A stretch of 32,000 nucleotides of DNA from Breznakia blatticola (GCF_004365815.1 NZ_SODD01000016.1:1-32000); one strand, 5' to 3'. Positions 1 through 10,234 are shown, numbered from the stretch's first letter. The notes: generated by a model not told the origin, from the sequence alone. Made by a program: numbers and translations.

Positions 1-103
1 AACCATAATCAACCATGGTTTAAATACGGTTGATAGAAAGGAAAGGTATGCTGTAGATGACTGTTACATGAGTCATTTATAATATACCAGGAGAGAATCG
101 TAT

Positions 104-496
104 ATGAGAAATTTTTTAAAGGATTTTAAAGCGTTTGCGATGCGTGGAAATATGATCGATATGGCTGTTGGGGTTGTTATTGGGGGTGCTTTTAGTACCA
201 TCATCAATTCCATTGTTAATGATTTGATTATGCCATTCATTGCATTGTTAACAGATTCAAGTGAACTTGCAGCAGCATCACTTAAAATCGGTGAACGTGG
301 AGGAGAACCAGTATTATTAAATTACGGAGCATTTATTCAAAATGTAATTAACTTTTTGATTATTGCATTCTGTATCTTTGTGGTGATTCGTATTATCGGA
401 CGTTTCCAAAAGAAAGAAGAAGCTGCAGTTACAAAAAGTGATGAAGTGGTATTGCTTGAACAAATCCGTGATGCTCTTGTACAAAAAGAAAGTTAA
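104..496 (+). CDS. mscL: Large-conductance mechanosensitive channel MscL
   Basis: 130 aa. N-terminal FKAFAMRGNMIDMAVGVVIGGAF signature and two hydrophobic helices are typical of MscL. A hairpin terminator follows. Confidence 0.95.
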   Translation: MRNFLKDFKAFAMRGNMIDMAVGVVIGGAFSTIINSIVNDLIMPFIALLTDSSELAAASLKIGERGGEPVLLNYGAFIQNVINFLIIAFCIFVVIRIIGRFQKKEEAAVTKSDEVVLLEQIRDALVQKES

Positions 497-500
497 GCTA

Positions 501-527
501 AATGGTGAAATACTCACCATTTTTTTT
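501..527 (+). terminator. Rho-independent terminator of mscL
   Basis: AATGGTGA / TCACCATT stem followed by T7 run. Confidence 0.7.
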
Positions 528-798
528 GTGGGTTTATGTAAAATAAGGCAAGATGCTATATCATATACTACCTAATTTATATATACGAAACAGGAAATTA
601 TACCAATTTCACTAAAAATGCCCGAAAATCGTGTTTATTTCCTAATTACTTTATGTTATATAACTAATATTTTTTCTTTGTAAGTGTCAAAAACCCTTTA
701 TTCATGGGCTTTTAGATAAATTTGTGAAACTTTGGGATACGCTTATTTTTAGGTTGCCTTATGTTATTATTACAAAGACGAAAACGAGAGGTGACTCA

Positions 799-2157
799 AT
801 GGATTTACAGAAAACACTTATTAAGATTAAAGAATTAGAAAACAAGGGTCTTGAGAATTTAAAACTTGGGATCACATATATAAAAGAAGAAGGGATTCCA
901 ACATTTGTTGCATTTGCAAAAAACATGGCAGCAAAGTTCAATCGCTTAAGTGGTACAGAAATTGCGAAAGTAAAATCGTTATTTCAAGAACATGTACACT
1001 TTAACTTCAAACACTTTGTAGGAACAACAGCTACAGCAACAGTTGTATTCGCATTAACATTTACCGTAACAGGATTCAGTCGTGTAAAAGTAAATGCAGA
1101 AGTATTAGCAAAACCAACAGAAGCTATTGCTTACAACAACAAAGTAGTTAGCGTAAACTATGGTGATGATTCAGCAATCCTAGATATGGTAAAAGATATC
1201 GTTGCTGATGAAAACGAAACTGTGTATGGTGTAAAACCAATTACAGTGGAACCAACAAAATCAACTTACGAGATTGGTAACTTTATTGTTGATATCAACA
1301 AGCCACAAGCAAGAGAGTTAAAAGAAACACAAATTGAAGTAAAAGTTGAACCTAAAGAAGTATATGCAACAGATTTACAAGGTATTGAAGTTGCTTCAGA
1401 TAAAGATACTGATTTAAAAAATGCTAATGTAGCACGTACGTACACATTTGATGTAGATATGGTTGATACACAAGCACCAACAATTGCACTTACGACAACG
1501 CATGTTGATGTATTAGATACAGACAACTTTGATCCTAAGGAATATGTTGCTAGAGTGTATGACAACTATGATGAAACAGTAAACTACACAGTAACTGGAT
1601 CAATTGATGCAAATGATGAAGATCTTTACATTGATGGGGATTACACATTTACATACACTGCTGTAGATACACACGGAAATAAAACAGAATCAAAATTAGT
1701 TGCAACAGTAACTGAAGATGAAGAAGCTGCAGAAGCTAGACGTGAAGCTGAATTAGAAGAAGAACGTCAAGCAGCAATCGAAAGCGGAGACTACAACCGT
1801 GCTTCTGAAATTGCACAAAGTGCACCTTCATATGCTGGGGGAAGCGCAATTGCATCAGCTGCACTTGCTCAACTAGGTGTTGCACAAGACTGTACAGCAC
1901 TTGCATCTAACGCGCTTGCAGCAGTAGGGATTTACTTCCACGGTTGGCCAGCAGAATACATGAGTTTAGGAACGATTGTATCAGCTAGTGAAGCACAACC
2001 AGGTGACTTAATTTACTACGATAACGCTGGAGCTGGAGTACCACATATCGCTGTTTACATCGGAAACGGACAAGCTGTTCACGGTGGATACATGGGAAGT
2101 ACAGTAATTGCTAGTGCATACATGGGGTCAGGACCTGTATTCATTCGCATCGGATAA
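799..2157 (+). CDS. Membrane-anchored cell-wall hydrolase with Ig-like domain and C-terminal NlpC/P60-like domain
   Basis: The ORF track opens at GTG 724, but ATG 799 has a GAGAGG SD. One hydrophobic helix lies at about aa 74-93 from ATG 799. An Ig-like segment follows (DTQAPTI...YTFTYTAVDTHGN), then an E/A-rich linker. The C-terminal Cys/His motifs (DCTALASNAL, GDLIYY, PHIAVYIGNGQAVHGG) are typical of NlpC/P60 papain-like peptidases. Confidence 0.75.
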   Translation: MDLQKTLIKIKELENKGLENLKLGITYIKEEGIPTFVAFAKNMAAKFNRLSGTEIAKVKSLFQEHVHFNFKHFVGTTATATVVFALTFTVTGFSRVKVNAEVLAKPTEAIAYNNKVVSVNYGDDSAILDMVKDIVADENETVYGVKPITVEPTKSTYEIGNFIVDINKPQARELKETQIEVKVEPKEVYATDLQGIEVASDKDTDLKNANVARTYTFDVDMVDTQAPTIALTTTHVDVLDTDNFDPKEYVARVYDNYDETVNYTVTGSIDANDEDLYIDGDYTFTYTAVDTHGNKTESKLVATVTEDEEAAEARREAELEEERQAAIESGDYNRASEIAQSAPSYAGGSAIASAALAQLGVAQDCTALASNALAAVGIYFHGWPAEYMSLGTIVSASEAQPGDLIYYDNAGAGVPHIAVYIGNGQAVHGGYMGSTVIASAYMGSGPVFIRIG

Positions 2158-2164
2158 AAAATCT

Positions 2165-2195
2165 AACAACAGATCTTCGGGTTTGTTGTTTTTTT
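2165..2195 (+). terminator. Rho-independent terminator
   Basis: AACAACAGATC / GGTTTGTTGTT stem (some GU pairs), TTCG loop, T-run. Confidence 0.6.
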
Positions 2196-2262
2196 CTTAT
2201 TGCTTCCCAATTTTTATAAAATGAATTATAATGGTAGGGCGACTAAGGAGTTGAATGTATAA

Positions 2263-3543
2263 ATGAAAGAAATTATTCGAATTGAAGGTGGCCATAACTT
2301 AACTGGTCATGTAAAAATATCAGGCTCAAAAAATGCAACGGTTGCACTGATTCCGGCAGCGATTTTAGCAGATGAACCAGTGACAATTGTAGGTGTTCCA
2401 AATATAAGTGATGTTAAATCACTAAAAATATTATTAGAAGAACTTGGTGTCAATGTTCTTATTAAAGGAGAAAATGGAAATCATTTAATCATTGATCCTT
2501 CAAATATGGAAAATAAACCAATGAATAGCGATACGGTGACAAAACTACGTGCATCGTATTACTTCATGGGAGTTCTACTTGCAAAATACAAACGTGTCGA
2601 AATTAAAATGCCAGGAGGATGTTATTTAGGTCCTCGACCTATCGATTTGCATTTAAAAGGATTTGAAACGCTTGGGGCAAAAGTAAACTATGAAGGTGGA
2701 AGTTACATTATTGAAGCAGATGAACTTGTTGGAGATAAAATCTTCCTTGATGTTTCAAGTGTAGGAGCAACGATCAATATTATGTGTGCTGCTGTATTCG
2801 CAAAAGGAAAAACAACGATTGAGAATGCCGCAAAAGAACCAGAAATTATTGATATTGCAACCTTATTAAATAAGATGGGTGCACAAATTCGTGGAATGGG
2901 AACCAATGTGATCACAATTACAGGAGTTGATACACTGCATGGATGTTTCCACGAAATTATTCCAGACCGCATTGAAGCAGCTACGTACTTAACATTGGCT
3001 GCAACTGCAGGAAATGACATTACAATTGAAAACGTAATTCCACAACATTTAGAAGGACTTATTTCTAAGTTGGATGATATTGGTGTAAATATGGAAGTCA
3101 ACGTGGATTCAATTTTGGTCAAAGGACGTAATGAAGTGCTTAAGCCTGTAGATATTAAGACCGCACCATATCCAGGGTTTGCAACAGATATGCAACAACC
3201 GCTAACGACACTTCTAACGCAATGTGATGGACAAAGTGTTGTTACTGAAACGATTTATACAGAACGTTTCAAACACTGTCATGAATTGAATAAGATGGGT
3301 GCAGACATTGATGTGCGTACGCCAAGCTCATTTATTAATGGACCAACAAAATTATCTGGAACAAGTGTTACTGCAACGGATTTACGTTGTGGAGCAAGTT
3401 TGATTATTGCTGGTTTAATAGCATCAGGAACAACAGAAATCGATGAGATTTATCACATTGAACGTGGTTACGAAAATATTGTAGGTAAGCTAAAAAGCTT
3501 AGGTGCAAAGATTGAAAAAGTAACGATTGATTCAGACAATTAA
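2263..3543 (+). CDS. murA: UDP-N-acetylglucosamine 1-carboxyvinyltransferase
   Basis: 426 aa. KISGSKNA motif and catalytic Cys loop [17 protein letters not shown]. Full-length MurA architecture. Confidence 0.95.
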   Translation: MKEIIRIEGGHNLTGHVKISGSKNATVALIPAAILADEPVTIVGVPNISDVKSLKILLEELGVNVLIKGENGNHLIIDPSNMENKPMNSDTVTKLRASYYFMGVLLAKYKRVEIKMPGGCYLGPRPIDLHLKGFETLGAKVNYEGGSYIIEADELVGDKIFLDVSSVGATINIMCAAVFAKGKTTIENAAKEPEIIDIATLLNKMGAQIRGMGTNVITITGVDTLHGCFHEIIPDRIEAATYLTLAATAGNDITIENVIPQHLEGLISKLDDIGVNMEVNVDSILVKGRNEVLKPVDIKTAPYPGFATDMQQPLTTLLTQCDGQSVVTETIYTERFKHCHELNKMGADIDVRTPSSFINGPTKLSGTSVTATDLRCGASLIIAGLIASGTTEIDEIYHIERGYENIVGKLKSLGAKIEKVTIDSDN

Positions 3544-3629
3544 GTATTGCATTCTGGCAAAAATGTGGTAATATAATATAGCAACTTACTTTGAGTTCGC
3601 ATAGAACTTAAGGCGGAAGGAGAGAAGAT

Positions 3630-3833
3630 ATGAAAAAAGGAATTCACCCAGAATACCACAAAATCACTGTTAAATGTTCAACATGTGGAACGGAATATGC
3701 TGTGGGATCTACTGCTAAAGAATTAAAAGTAGATACTTGTTCACACTGTCACCCATTCTACACAGGAAGACAACGTTTCGCTGCTGCGCAAGGACGTATC
3801 GAGAAATTTAACAAGAAATACGGAGTTAAATAG
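3630..3833 (+). CDS. rpmE: 50S ribosomal protein L31 (Zn-binding type A)
   Basis: 67 aa. MKKGIHPEY start, CxxC...CxxC pairs and HPFYTG motif. Strong GGAAGGAG SD. Confidence 0.95.
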   Translation: MKKGIHPEYHKITVKCSTCGTEYAVGSTAKELKVDTCSHCHPFYTGRQRFAAAQGRIEKFNKKYGVK

Positions 3834-3834
3834 A

Positions 3835-3860
3835 AAAGCAAAGGAAACTTTGCTTTTTTT
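3835..3860 (+). terminator. Rho-independent terminator of rpmE
   Basis: AAAGCAAAG / CTTTGCTTT stem, GAAA loop, T-run. Confidence 0.75.
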
Positions 3861-3913
3861 CTAGTCTTGATAGCAATATGCTATAATATAAAATGATATA
3901 GGAGAAAAACAAT

Positions 3914-4987
3914 ATGAGTGCAATGACAGAACGTTTAGATGGAATGATCGATCGCTACAATGAACTTAGTGAATTGATGATGAGTCCTGAAGTGCTTGCT
4001 GATAATCGTCGTATGGCTAAACTTGGAAAAGAACAAGCTGCGATGACACAAGCTGTAGAGACTTACCAAGAATATAAAAAAGTCGTACAAGGAATTGAAG
4101 ATGCGACTGCTTTAATGGAAGAACATGATCCTGAAGTTAAAGAAATGGCAAAAATGGAATTAGATGAATTACAACCACGTAAACAAGAATTACTTGATCG
4201 TCTAGAAATTTTATTGATTCCAAAAGATCCTGCAGATCAAAATAATGCAATTATGGAAATTCGTGGAGCTGCTGGAGGAGATGAAGGAAATATCTTTGCT
4301 GGTGATTTATACCGCATGTATTCAAAATATGCAGAAAGCAAAGGTTGGAAAATGGAAGTACTTGAAGCGCAAGAAAGTGAAGCAGGTGGATTTACCCGTA
4401 TCGCTTTTATGGTGAAAGGTGCGGAAGTATATGGACACTTAAAGTTTGAAAGTGGAAGTCACAGGGTACAACGTGTACCAAAGACTGAAACACAAGGGCG
4501 TGTACATACATCAACTGCAACAGTACTAGTTGACCCAGAAATCGAAGAAGATGAAATTGATATTAATCCAAATGATTTGGAAATCGATACAATGCGAGCA
4601 AGTGGAGCCGGAGGACAACACGTCAATAAAACGGATTCCGCAGTTCGTATTACCCACATTCCAACAGGAATTACAGTAAAATGTCAAGATGGTCGTAGTC
4701 AACATGCGAACCGTGAAACTGCATTAACGCAAATTCGTTCAAAAGTATATAGCGAAATGAAACGTCGTGAAGAAGAAGAACGTCATGCAGAAAGAAAAAG
4801 TAAACTTGGTACGGGAGACCGTAGTGAGAAAATCCGTACATATAACTATCCACAAAACCGTGTAACTGATCACCGTATTGGTTTAACACTTCAACAATTG
4901 GATCGTATCATGGAAGGGAAATTGGATGATATTATCGTTGCCTTACTTGAACAAGATCAACAGGATAAACTTGCTGGTAACGCATAA
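3914..4987 (+). CDS. prfA: Peptide chain release factor 1
   Basis: 357 aa. GGQ motif (SGAGGQHVNKT) and RF1-type PxT tripeptide region (QRVPKTETQGRVHTS). Confidence 0.97.
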   Translation: MSAMTERLDGMIDRYNELSELMMSPEVLADNRRMAKLGKEQAAMTQAVETYQEYKKVVQGIEDATALMEEHDPEVKEMAKMELDELQPRKQELLDRLEILLIPKDPADQNNAIMEIRGAAGGDEGNIFAGDLYRMYSKYAESKGWKMEVLEAQESEAGGFTRIAFMVKGAEVYGHLKFESGSHRVQRVPKTETQGRVHTSTATVLVDPEIEEDEIDINPNDLEIDTMRASGAGGQHVNKTDSAVRITHIPTGITVKCQDGRSQHANRETALTQIRSKVYSEMKRREEEERHAERKSKLGTGDRSEKIRTYNYPQNRVTDHRIGLTLQQLDRIMEGKLDDIIVALLEQDQQDKLAGNA

Positions 4988-5835
4988 TGTTGTATCGTGA
5001 AGCCTTACGCAGAGCACAACAACTTTGCATTGATGCAGGTGTTGGTGAACAAGCACCATTATTCTTATTATTAGAACTTGCGAATTTAGAATCGCATAAT
5101 TTATATGCGGAATTTGATCAAGAAATGGATGATGCTCTTGTGGATGCATATTATAAAAAAGTAGACCGTCTACTTGCACATGAACCATTAGATCATATTC
5201 TAGGATATTCTTATTTTTATGGATTCAAGTTTTTAGTAAATGAGGATGTACTTATTCCACGTCCAGAAACTGAAGAATTGGTTGCAAATGTACTAGCAAG
5301 TTATGATGAATTCTTTGCTGGACAAGAAGTGGAGGCTATCGATGTTGGCTGTGGAAGTGGAGCAATTGCAATCGCTGTAGCTCTTGAAGAAAAAAATATC
5401 CACATGCAAGCAAGTGATATTAGTGAACATGCAATTGCTGTGGCAAAAGAAAATGCAAAAAACTTAGAAGCAAATGTTACTTTCAAGGTTGGAGATATGT
5501 TACAACCATTTATTGAAAGCAGCCATAAAGTAGATATCTTAATTAGCAATCCTCCTTATATTCCTCAAGATGAGAAAATGGAAGATAGTGTCGTTGATTT
5601 TGAGCCACATGTTGCTTTATTTGGTGGAAGTGATGGCTTGCATTTCTATAAAGAAATTTTTAAACATGCACATAAAGTCATTAAAGAGAAAAGCTTTTTA
5701 GCTTTTGAGATTGGCTATAACCAAAAAGATGCATTATTAAAAGAAGCTGATATATATTTCCCAAATGATAAAAAAGAAGTACTAAAAGATCTTAACGGAA
5801 AAGATCGTATGTTATTTATTTACCATAACGTATAA
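4987..5835 (+). CDS. prmC: Release-factor glutamine N5-methyltransferase
   Basis: 282 aa. The start overlaps the prfA stop (ATAATG). SAM-binding motif DVGCGSGAIAIA and NPPY catalytic motif. Conserved prfA-prmC synteny. Confidence 0.9.
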   Translation: MLYREALRRAQQLCIDAGVGEQAPLFLLLELANLESHNLYAEFDQEMDDALVDAYYKKVDRLLAHEPLDHILGYSYFYGFKFLVNEDVLIPRPETEELVANVLASYDEFFAGQEVEAIDVGCGSGAIAIAVALEEKNIHMQASDISEHAIAVAKENAKNLEANVTFKVGDMLQPFIESSHKVDILISNPPYIPQDEKMEDSVVDFEPHVALFGGSDGLHFYKEIFKHAHKVIKEKSFLAFEIGYNQKDALLKEADIYFPNDKKEVLKDLNGKDRMLFIYHNV

Positions 5836-5844
5836 GGAGTAGCG

Positions 5845-6273
5845 ATGAAAAAACTACTAGTTATTATTGCGATGTGTCTTATGATGGTCGCATGTGATAG
5901 TGATGAATCAGAAATGGTTTGTACATATAAAAAAGATGATGATAAAGGAAAGATTGTCGTTCGGTATGAAGATGATAAAATCCATTATCTACACTTTTCG
6001 TCTGAGCAATATATCGAAGATGATGTTCTTGATGAAGTTGGTGAGAAAGATTTTGCTGATTACTGGAAGCAAAATGTTGAGTCCTTCCACAAAGAAGGGA
6101 TTAGTGCTGAAGGTACATATGATGGGAAAACACGTATGGGATATATTGAGTTAGAATTAAATTTAGATCAACTTAAGGAACGTAATTATAGTGATTTTTA
6201 TTTAACGGAAAATCTATCATTGAAGAGTTTTAAAAAACGAGTAGAAGATCAACTCGACTATACATGTAAATAA
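5845..6273 (+). CDS. Putative lipoprotein, function unknown
   Basis: 142 aa. Signal peptide with lipobox (LMMVA-C). AAGGAG SD. The remainder is acidic and soluble. Confidence 0.6.
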   Translation: MKKLLVIIAMCLMMVACDSDESEMVCTYKKDDDKGKIVVRYEDDKIHYLHFSSEQYIEDDVLDEVGEKDFADYWKQNVESFHKEGISAEGTYDGKTRMGYIELELNLDQLKERNYSDFYLTENLSLKSFKKRVEDQLDYTCK

Positions 6274-6282
6274 TACTTATAG

Positions 6283-6326
6283 ACACCATGAACTAGGAAA
6301 TCTATCTAGAAAATGGTGTTTTTTTA
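6283..6326 (+). terminator. Rho-independent terminator
   Basis: ACACCAT ... ATGGTGT stem with an inner CTAG/CTAG pairing, then T7. Confidence 0.65.
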
Positions 6327-6425
6327 ATGTCAAAACGCACCGAATTTACACAAATCAAATATTAAGTGAAAAAAATGTAATTAATTCAAGATTTTTTTGA
6401 AGATTTTATATAATGTTCAAGTCTA

Positions 6426-6521
6426 TGAAGGTGAAAGGTTCAACGGAACCTTTTCAACTTCACATACACACACAAAATTGGAGTTGAAAAGCAATCCATC
6501 AATATCCCTGGATTGCTTTTT
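6426..6521 (+). promoter_or_regulatory. Candidate attenuator leader upstream of the adhesin gene
   Basis: A TATAAT at 6409-6414 is followed by a long imperfect hairpin (6426-6462). Next comes a segment (6482-6490, AGTTGAAAA) complementary to the 3' arm of that hairpin (6451-6459). Last is a terminator-like hairpin AAAAGCAATCC / GGATTGCTTTT (6487-6520) with a T-rich tail. Confidence 0.35.
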
Positions 6522-6580
6522 CTTGCCTTTTTATATGTGTATGGAAATAGAATAAATTATGTGTGTTATAAGGAGAAAAA

Positions 6581-9500
6581 ATGAAAAAGATTGCAAAATT
6601 ACTATTAGTTTTTTGCATGTTTCTTGGTGTGCTAGGATTCACTGGAGAAACACTTGCAGCAACTAATAAAGAAATTCCTACGGAAGACTTTGTGACAGGT
6701 GGACAGTTGACAGATTTAAATGGTGTCGTAAAAGAGTGGTTTGGTTATTATGATGCATTGCTTGTGCGTTATGATTTCAACTTTGCTGATGCATATGAAG
6801 TAAACAGTGGAGATACACTAACAATTCAACTACCAAATGAGCTTAGTGTAGGCAATATGACATTTGATTTAAAAGCGACGGATGCTTTAAATGAAGAAGC
6901 AACAATCGGAACCGCAACTGTAAATAAAACAGATAAAACGATTACGATTACCTTCAATGATTACTTTGAAGCAAAAACTGGTCGTAGTGGATACTTTTAC
7001 ATTGGTGCATATTGGGATAGAGATGTCATAGATGAATTGACAAAATATGAACTTCAATTTGTAAAAGATGGCGAAACACAAACCGTAAATGTTGGTAAGA
7101 AAAGTACGGTTGATCGAAATGAAATGCTTGCAAAATGGGGAAGTCAGGATTCTGAAGATCCGACAATTATTAACTGGACTGCAAGAATTAATGTAGCAGG
7201 AGCAGATATTCCTAATGCAGTATTTGTTGATGATATTATGGATAATCATGAATTGATTGCTGGATTAGAAGGAAATACGTATGTACGAGTTGATATTGGA
7301 AAAATTGATTGGGATGAAAAAAATAATCCTACAGAAACAATGCTTGGATACTATACATCTTCTACTACACCTGAAAGATTTACATTTCATGCGAATAATA
7401 AAGGATTTACTGTAGAACTTGGAGATTTAATAAGAGGAGCATCAACTGCGCTTCCTGATTCTGCAATTGCTACAGATGAAAATCGACTAGAAGCAAAGCA
7501 AACTGGATTGAGTTTGTATGTGAGATACAAAACACGTATTACAGAAGAACATCCAGATGGAATGTACCTAAATAAAGGGACATTGCAAGGAACAGGATAT
7601 GAAGATGAATCTCATATCGTATTTGAACCAAAACTAATCCATGGTGGGGCTGGAATTGGAACAGCAACGACAACGGTAAAAGTATTAAAAGAGTGGGAAC
7701 ACTTAGGAAATACAGTACAACCAACATCGATTGAAGTTGAGTTATATCAATCAGTAGATGGTTCACAACCAACGAAAGTTACTGGGAAAAATCCTGTAAC
7801 TTTAAGTGCAACGAATAATTGGTATGGAGAATGGACGAAACTTCCATTAGCCGATACAAACGGAAAAGAAATTACGTATTCTGTAAAAGAAGTGGAAGTA
7901 CCTGCCGGATACACTTCAGAAACCATCACAAATTCATATAATGATTTTACAATTCGAAATACATACATCCCAAAAACTTCAGTACATGTAGAAAAAGTTT
8001 GGGAAGGTGATGCAACGCATAGTGTTTTACGTCCTACATCTGTTGATGTTGTATTGATTAAAACAGTAAATGGACAAAATGAAGAATACAAAACGGTAAC
8101 ATTAACTTCAGATACGAATGGTAAATGGCAACACACTTGGGTAGATTTACCTGTTTATGAAGGAAACGAAACAATTGTATACACAGTTGAAGAGAGAAAT
8201 CTTACAAGTTTATATACCGGTGTAGTAACAAAAAACTCTGAGAATGACTTTACGATCACAAATACATTCGTAATGCCAAAAACTAGTTTTACTGTAAATA
8301 AGGCATGGTTCCAAGATGCTGTGGGAAATAGACCGGCTAGTATCGAAGTAGAATTGTATACAACAGATGGAGCAAAAGAAACTATCATCGATACAGTGAC
8401 ACTATATGCAACATCAGGTTGGACATATACATGGACAGATTTGGACTACTATATAAATGGAAAAGATGCTGCATACTTTGTAAGAGAGAAAACAGTTCCA
8501 ACAAACTATACATCTGAAGTAGTAGAAGACAGTAAAAATAACTGGACGATTAATAATACCTTTGATATGCCTAAGACAAGTGTCAGTGTAAATAAAGAAT
8601 GGGTTGGAGGAGTTGAAGGAAACCGCCCAACAAGTATTGATGTCGAATTAATTGCTACAGTTGGAACGACAAGCACAGTAAAAGATACTGTCACTTTAGA
8701 TAAGAATATAAATTGGGAGTATACATGGACAAATTTAGATGCACTATCAGGTGCTGATGAAATTGTCTATACTGTAAGAGAAAAAACAGTTCCGACAAAC
8801 TATACATCTAAAGTTACAGAAAATAATACAAATGACTTTACGATTACAAATACGTTTGTAATGCCAAAAACAGATGTATCAGTTAATAAACTATGGATAA
8901 ATGACAATGATGCTGTACGTCCATCAAGTGTTCAAGTGCAGTTAATAACAACGATAAATGGACAATCAACATGTTCAATCCCTGAAACATTAGATAAAGA
9001 CAACAATTGGTCATTTACGTGGAGAGATTTACCAATGTTAGATGGAACAGACGAAATTACATATACAGTAGAAGAAGTTGGTGTTCCTGCGCATTATACA
9101 GATGCTGTGATTATAAACGGACCAAATGATTACACAATCACGAACACATTTGAAATGCCAAAAACGGATGTAACAGTAGATAAAGAATGGATAAACGACT
9201 ATGCGGCAATTCGTCCAGATAGTGTAGAAGTAGAATTAGTAGCTACAGTAAATGGAGTAGAAAGTGTAGTTGAAACAGTTGAACTAGATGAAAGTGTAAA
9301 CTGGACAAAAACATGGACAAACTTAGACTTACTTTCAGGAGCAGATGCGATTACATACAGTGTAAGAGAAATCAATATTCCTCAATACTACACAGATGCA
9401 GTAATTACAAACGGACCAAATGATTACACAATCACAAATACATTTGAAATGCCAAAGATAGATGTAACAGTGGATAAAGAATGGCTAAATGACTATGCAG

Positions 9501-10234
9501 CAATTCGTCCAGATAGTGTAGAAGTAGAATTGGTAGCTACAATAAATGGAGTAGAAAGTGTAGTTGAAACAGTTGAACTAGATGAAAGTGTGAACTGGAC
9601 AAAAACATGGACAAACTTAGATTTACTTTCAGGAGCAGATGCAATTACATACAGTGTAAGAGAAATCAATGTTCCTCAGTATTACACAGATGCAGTAATT
9701 ACAAATAAGTCAAATGATTATACGATTACAAATACATTTGAAATGCCAAAAACAAGTGTGACAGTAGATAAAAAATGGTCAAACGATAATGCGTCAGTAC
9801 GTCCAGACAGTGTAAATGTTCGATTAGTGATGAATAAAGATGGAGAGATTACATACTCTGATATCGTAATTTTAAGTGAATCAAACAAATGGACATATAC
9901 ATGGAATAATCTAGACGTATTAGCGTTAGATAAAGAAATTGTATATACAGTAGAAGAAGTAGACGTACCTAAAAACTATACATCTTCCGTAACAACAAAT
10001 GATACAAACGATTACACAATCACAAATACATATGAAACACCTAAAGAAGATCCAAAACCAGAAACACCTGGAACTTCAAATCCTTCAAAGGCTCCGGAAA
10101 AGGAATTGATTATCAATCCAAGTAAATCCGTAGATACAGGTGATACAACATCATCAACACCTTTAGTTGCAATGGTGTACTTAAGTGGAATCGCAATTCT
10201 TTCTTTGTTGTTAAGAAGAAGAAAAAAAGCATAA
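6581..10234 (+). CDS. Cell-surface adhesin with N-terminal adhesin-like region, eight Cna-B-type repeats and C-terminal membrane anchor
   Basis: 1217 aa. Signal peptide MKKIAKLLLVFCMFLGVLGFTGETLA. A ~98-aa unit recurs eight times (V.K.W.D....RP.S(I/V).V.L...G ... W.Y.W..L ... Y.V.E..VP..Y). The C-terminus has a Pro/Lys-rich stalk, an SVDTG motif, a hydrophobic helix and an RRRKKA tail. Confidence 0.85.
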   Translation: MKKIAKLLLVFCMFLGVLGFTGETLAATNKEIPTEDFVTGGQLTDLNGVVKEWFGYYDALLVRYDFNFADAYEVNSGDTLTIQLPNELSVGNMTFDLKATDALNEEATIGTATVNKTDKTITITFNDYFEAKTGRSGYFYIGAYWDRDVIDELTKYELQFVKDGETQTVNVGKKSTVDRNEMLAKWGSQDSEDPTIINWTARINVAGADIPNAVFVDDIMDNHELIAGLEGNTYVRVDIGKIDWDEKNNPTETMLGYYTSSTTPERFTFHANNKGFTVELGDLIRGASTALPDSAIATDENRLEAKQTGLSLYVRYKTRITEEHPDGMYLNKGTLQGTGYEDESHIVFEPKLIHGGAGIGTATTTVKVLKEWEHLGNTVQPTSIEVELYQSVDGSQPTKVTGKNPVTLSATNNWYGEWTKLPLADTNGKEITYSVKEVEVPAGYTSETITNSYNDFTIRNTYIPKTSVHVEKVWEGDATHSVLRPTSVDVVLIKTVNGQNEEYKTVTLTSDTNGKWQHTWVDLPVYEGNETIVYTVEERNLTSLYTGVVTKNSENDFTITNTFVMPKTSFTVNKAWFQDAVGNRPASIEVELYTTDGAKETIIDTVTLYATSGWTYTWTDLDYYINGKDAAYFVREKTVPTNYTSEVVEDSKNNWTINNTFDMPKTSVSVNKEWVGGVEGNRPTSIDVELIATVGTTSTVKDTVTLDKNINWEYTWTNLDALSGADEIVYTVREKTVPTNYTSKVTENNTNDFTITNTFVMPKTDVSVNKLWINDNDAVRPSSVQVQLITTINGQSTCSIPETLDKDNNWSFTWRDLPMLDGTDEITYTVEEVGVPAHYTDAVIINGPNDYTITNTFEMPKTDVTVDKEWINDYAAIRPDSVEVELVATVNGVESVVETVELDESVNWTKTWTNLDLLSGADAITYSVREINIPQYYTDAVITNGPNDYTITNTFEMPKIDVTVDKEWLNDYAAIRPDSVEVELVATINGVESVVETVELDESVNWTKTWTNLDLLSGADAITYSVREINVPQYYTDAVITNKSNDYTITNTFEMPKTSVTVDKKWSNDNASVRPDSVNVRLVMNKDGEITYSDIVILSESNKWTYTWNNLDVLALDKEIVYTVEEVDVPKNYTSSVTTNDTNDYTITNTYETPKEDPKPETPGTSNPSKAPEKELIINPSKSVDTGDTTSSTPLVAMVYLSGIAILSLLLRRRKKA
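7673..10031 (+). repeat. Array of eight Cna-B-like coding repeats (about 294 bp each)
   Basis: Periodicity is visible in the protein and the DNA. The two central copies (9098-9391 and 9392-9685) differ at 20 of 294 positions in my manual alignment. Confidence 0.8.

Noticed and set aside
724-798. GTG 724 start for the NlpC/P60 protein, and a possible c-di-AMP (ydaO-type) riboswitch in the 270-nt leader at 531-798
   Set aside because: ATG 799 has the only convincing SD. The leader is very AT-rich and lacks the GC-rich conserved cores of ydaO-type riboswitches, so no riboswitch is called.
4440-4520. RF1 anticodon-mimic tripeptide reads PKT rather than PAT
   Set aside because: The middle residue of PxT varies among bacteria, so this is not unusual.
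317-5549. Antisense ORFs within mscL, the hydrolase gene, murA, prfA and prmC (for example 317-520, 1266-1565, 2703-3122, 4459-4659, 5301-5549)
   Set aside because: Each lies fully inside a confidently identified gene on the other strand and has no independent support.
5894-6154. 86-aa alternative-frame ORF inside the lipoprotein gene
   Set aside because: It is Met/Lys-rich nonsense from an AT-rich frame. The 5845 frame has a signal peptide, a lipobox and an SD.
7673-10031. CRISPR-like periodicity
   Set aside because: The repeats are 294-bp coding units inside one ORF, not short direct repeats with unique spacers. The 25.4-25.9 kb modules also lack the CRISPR repeat-spacer geometry. No cas genes are present.
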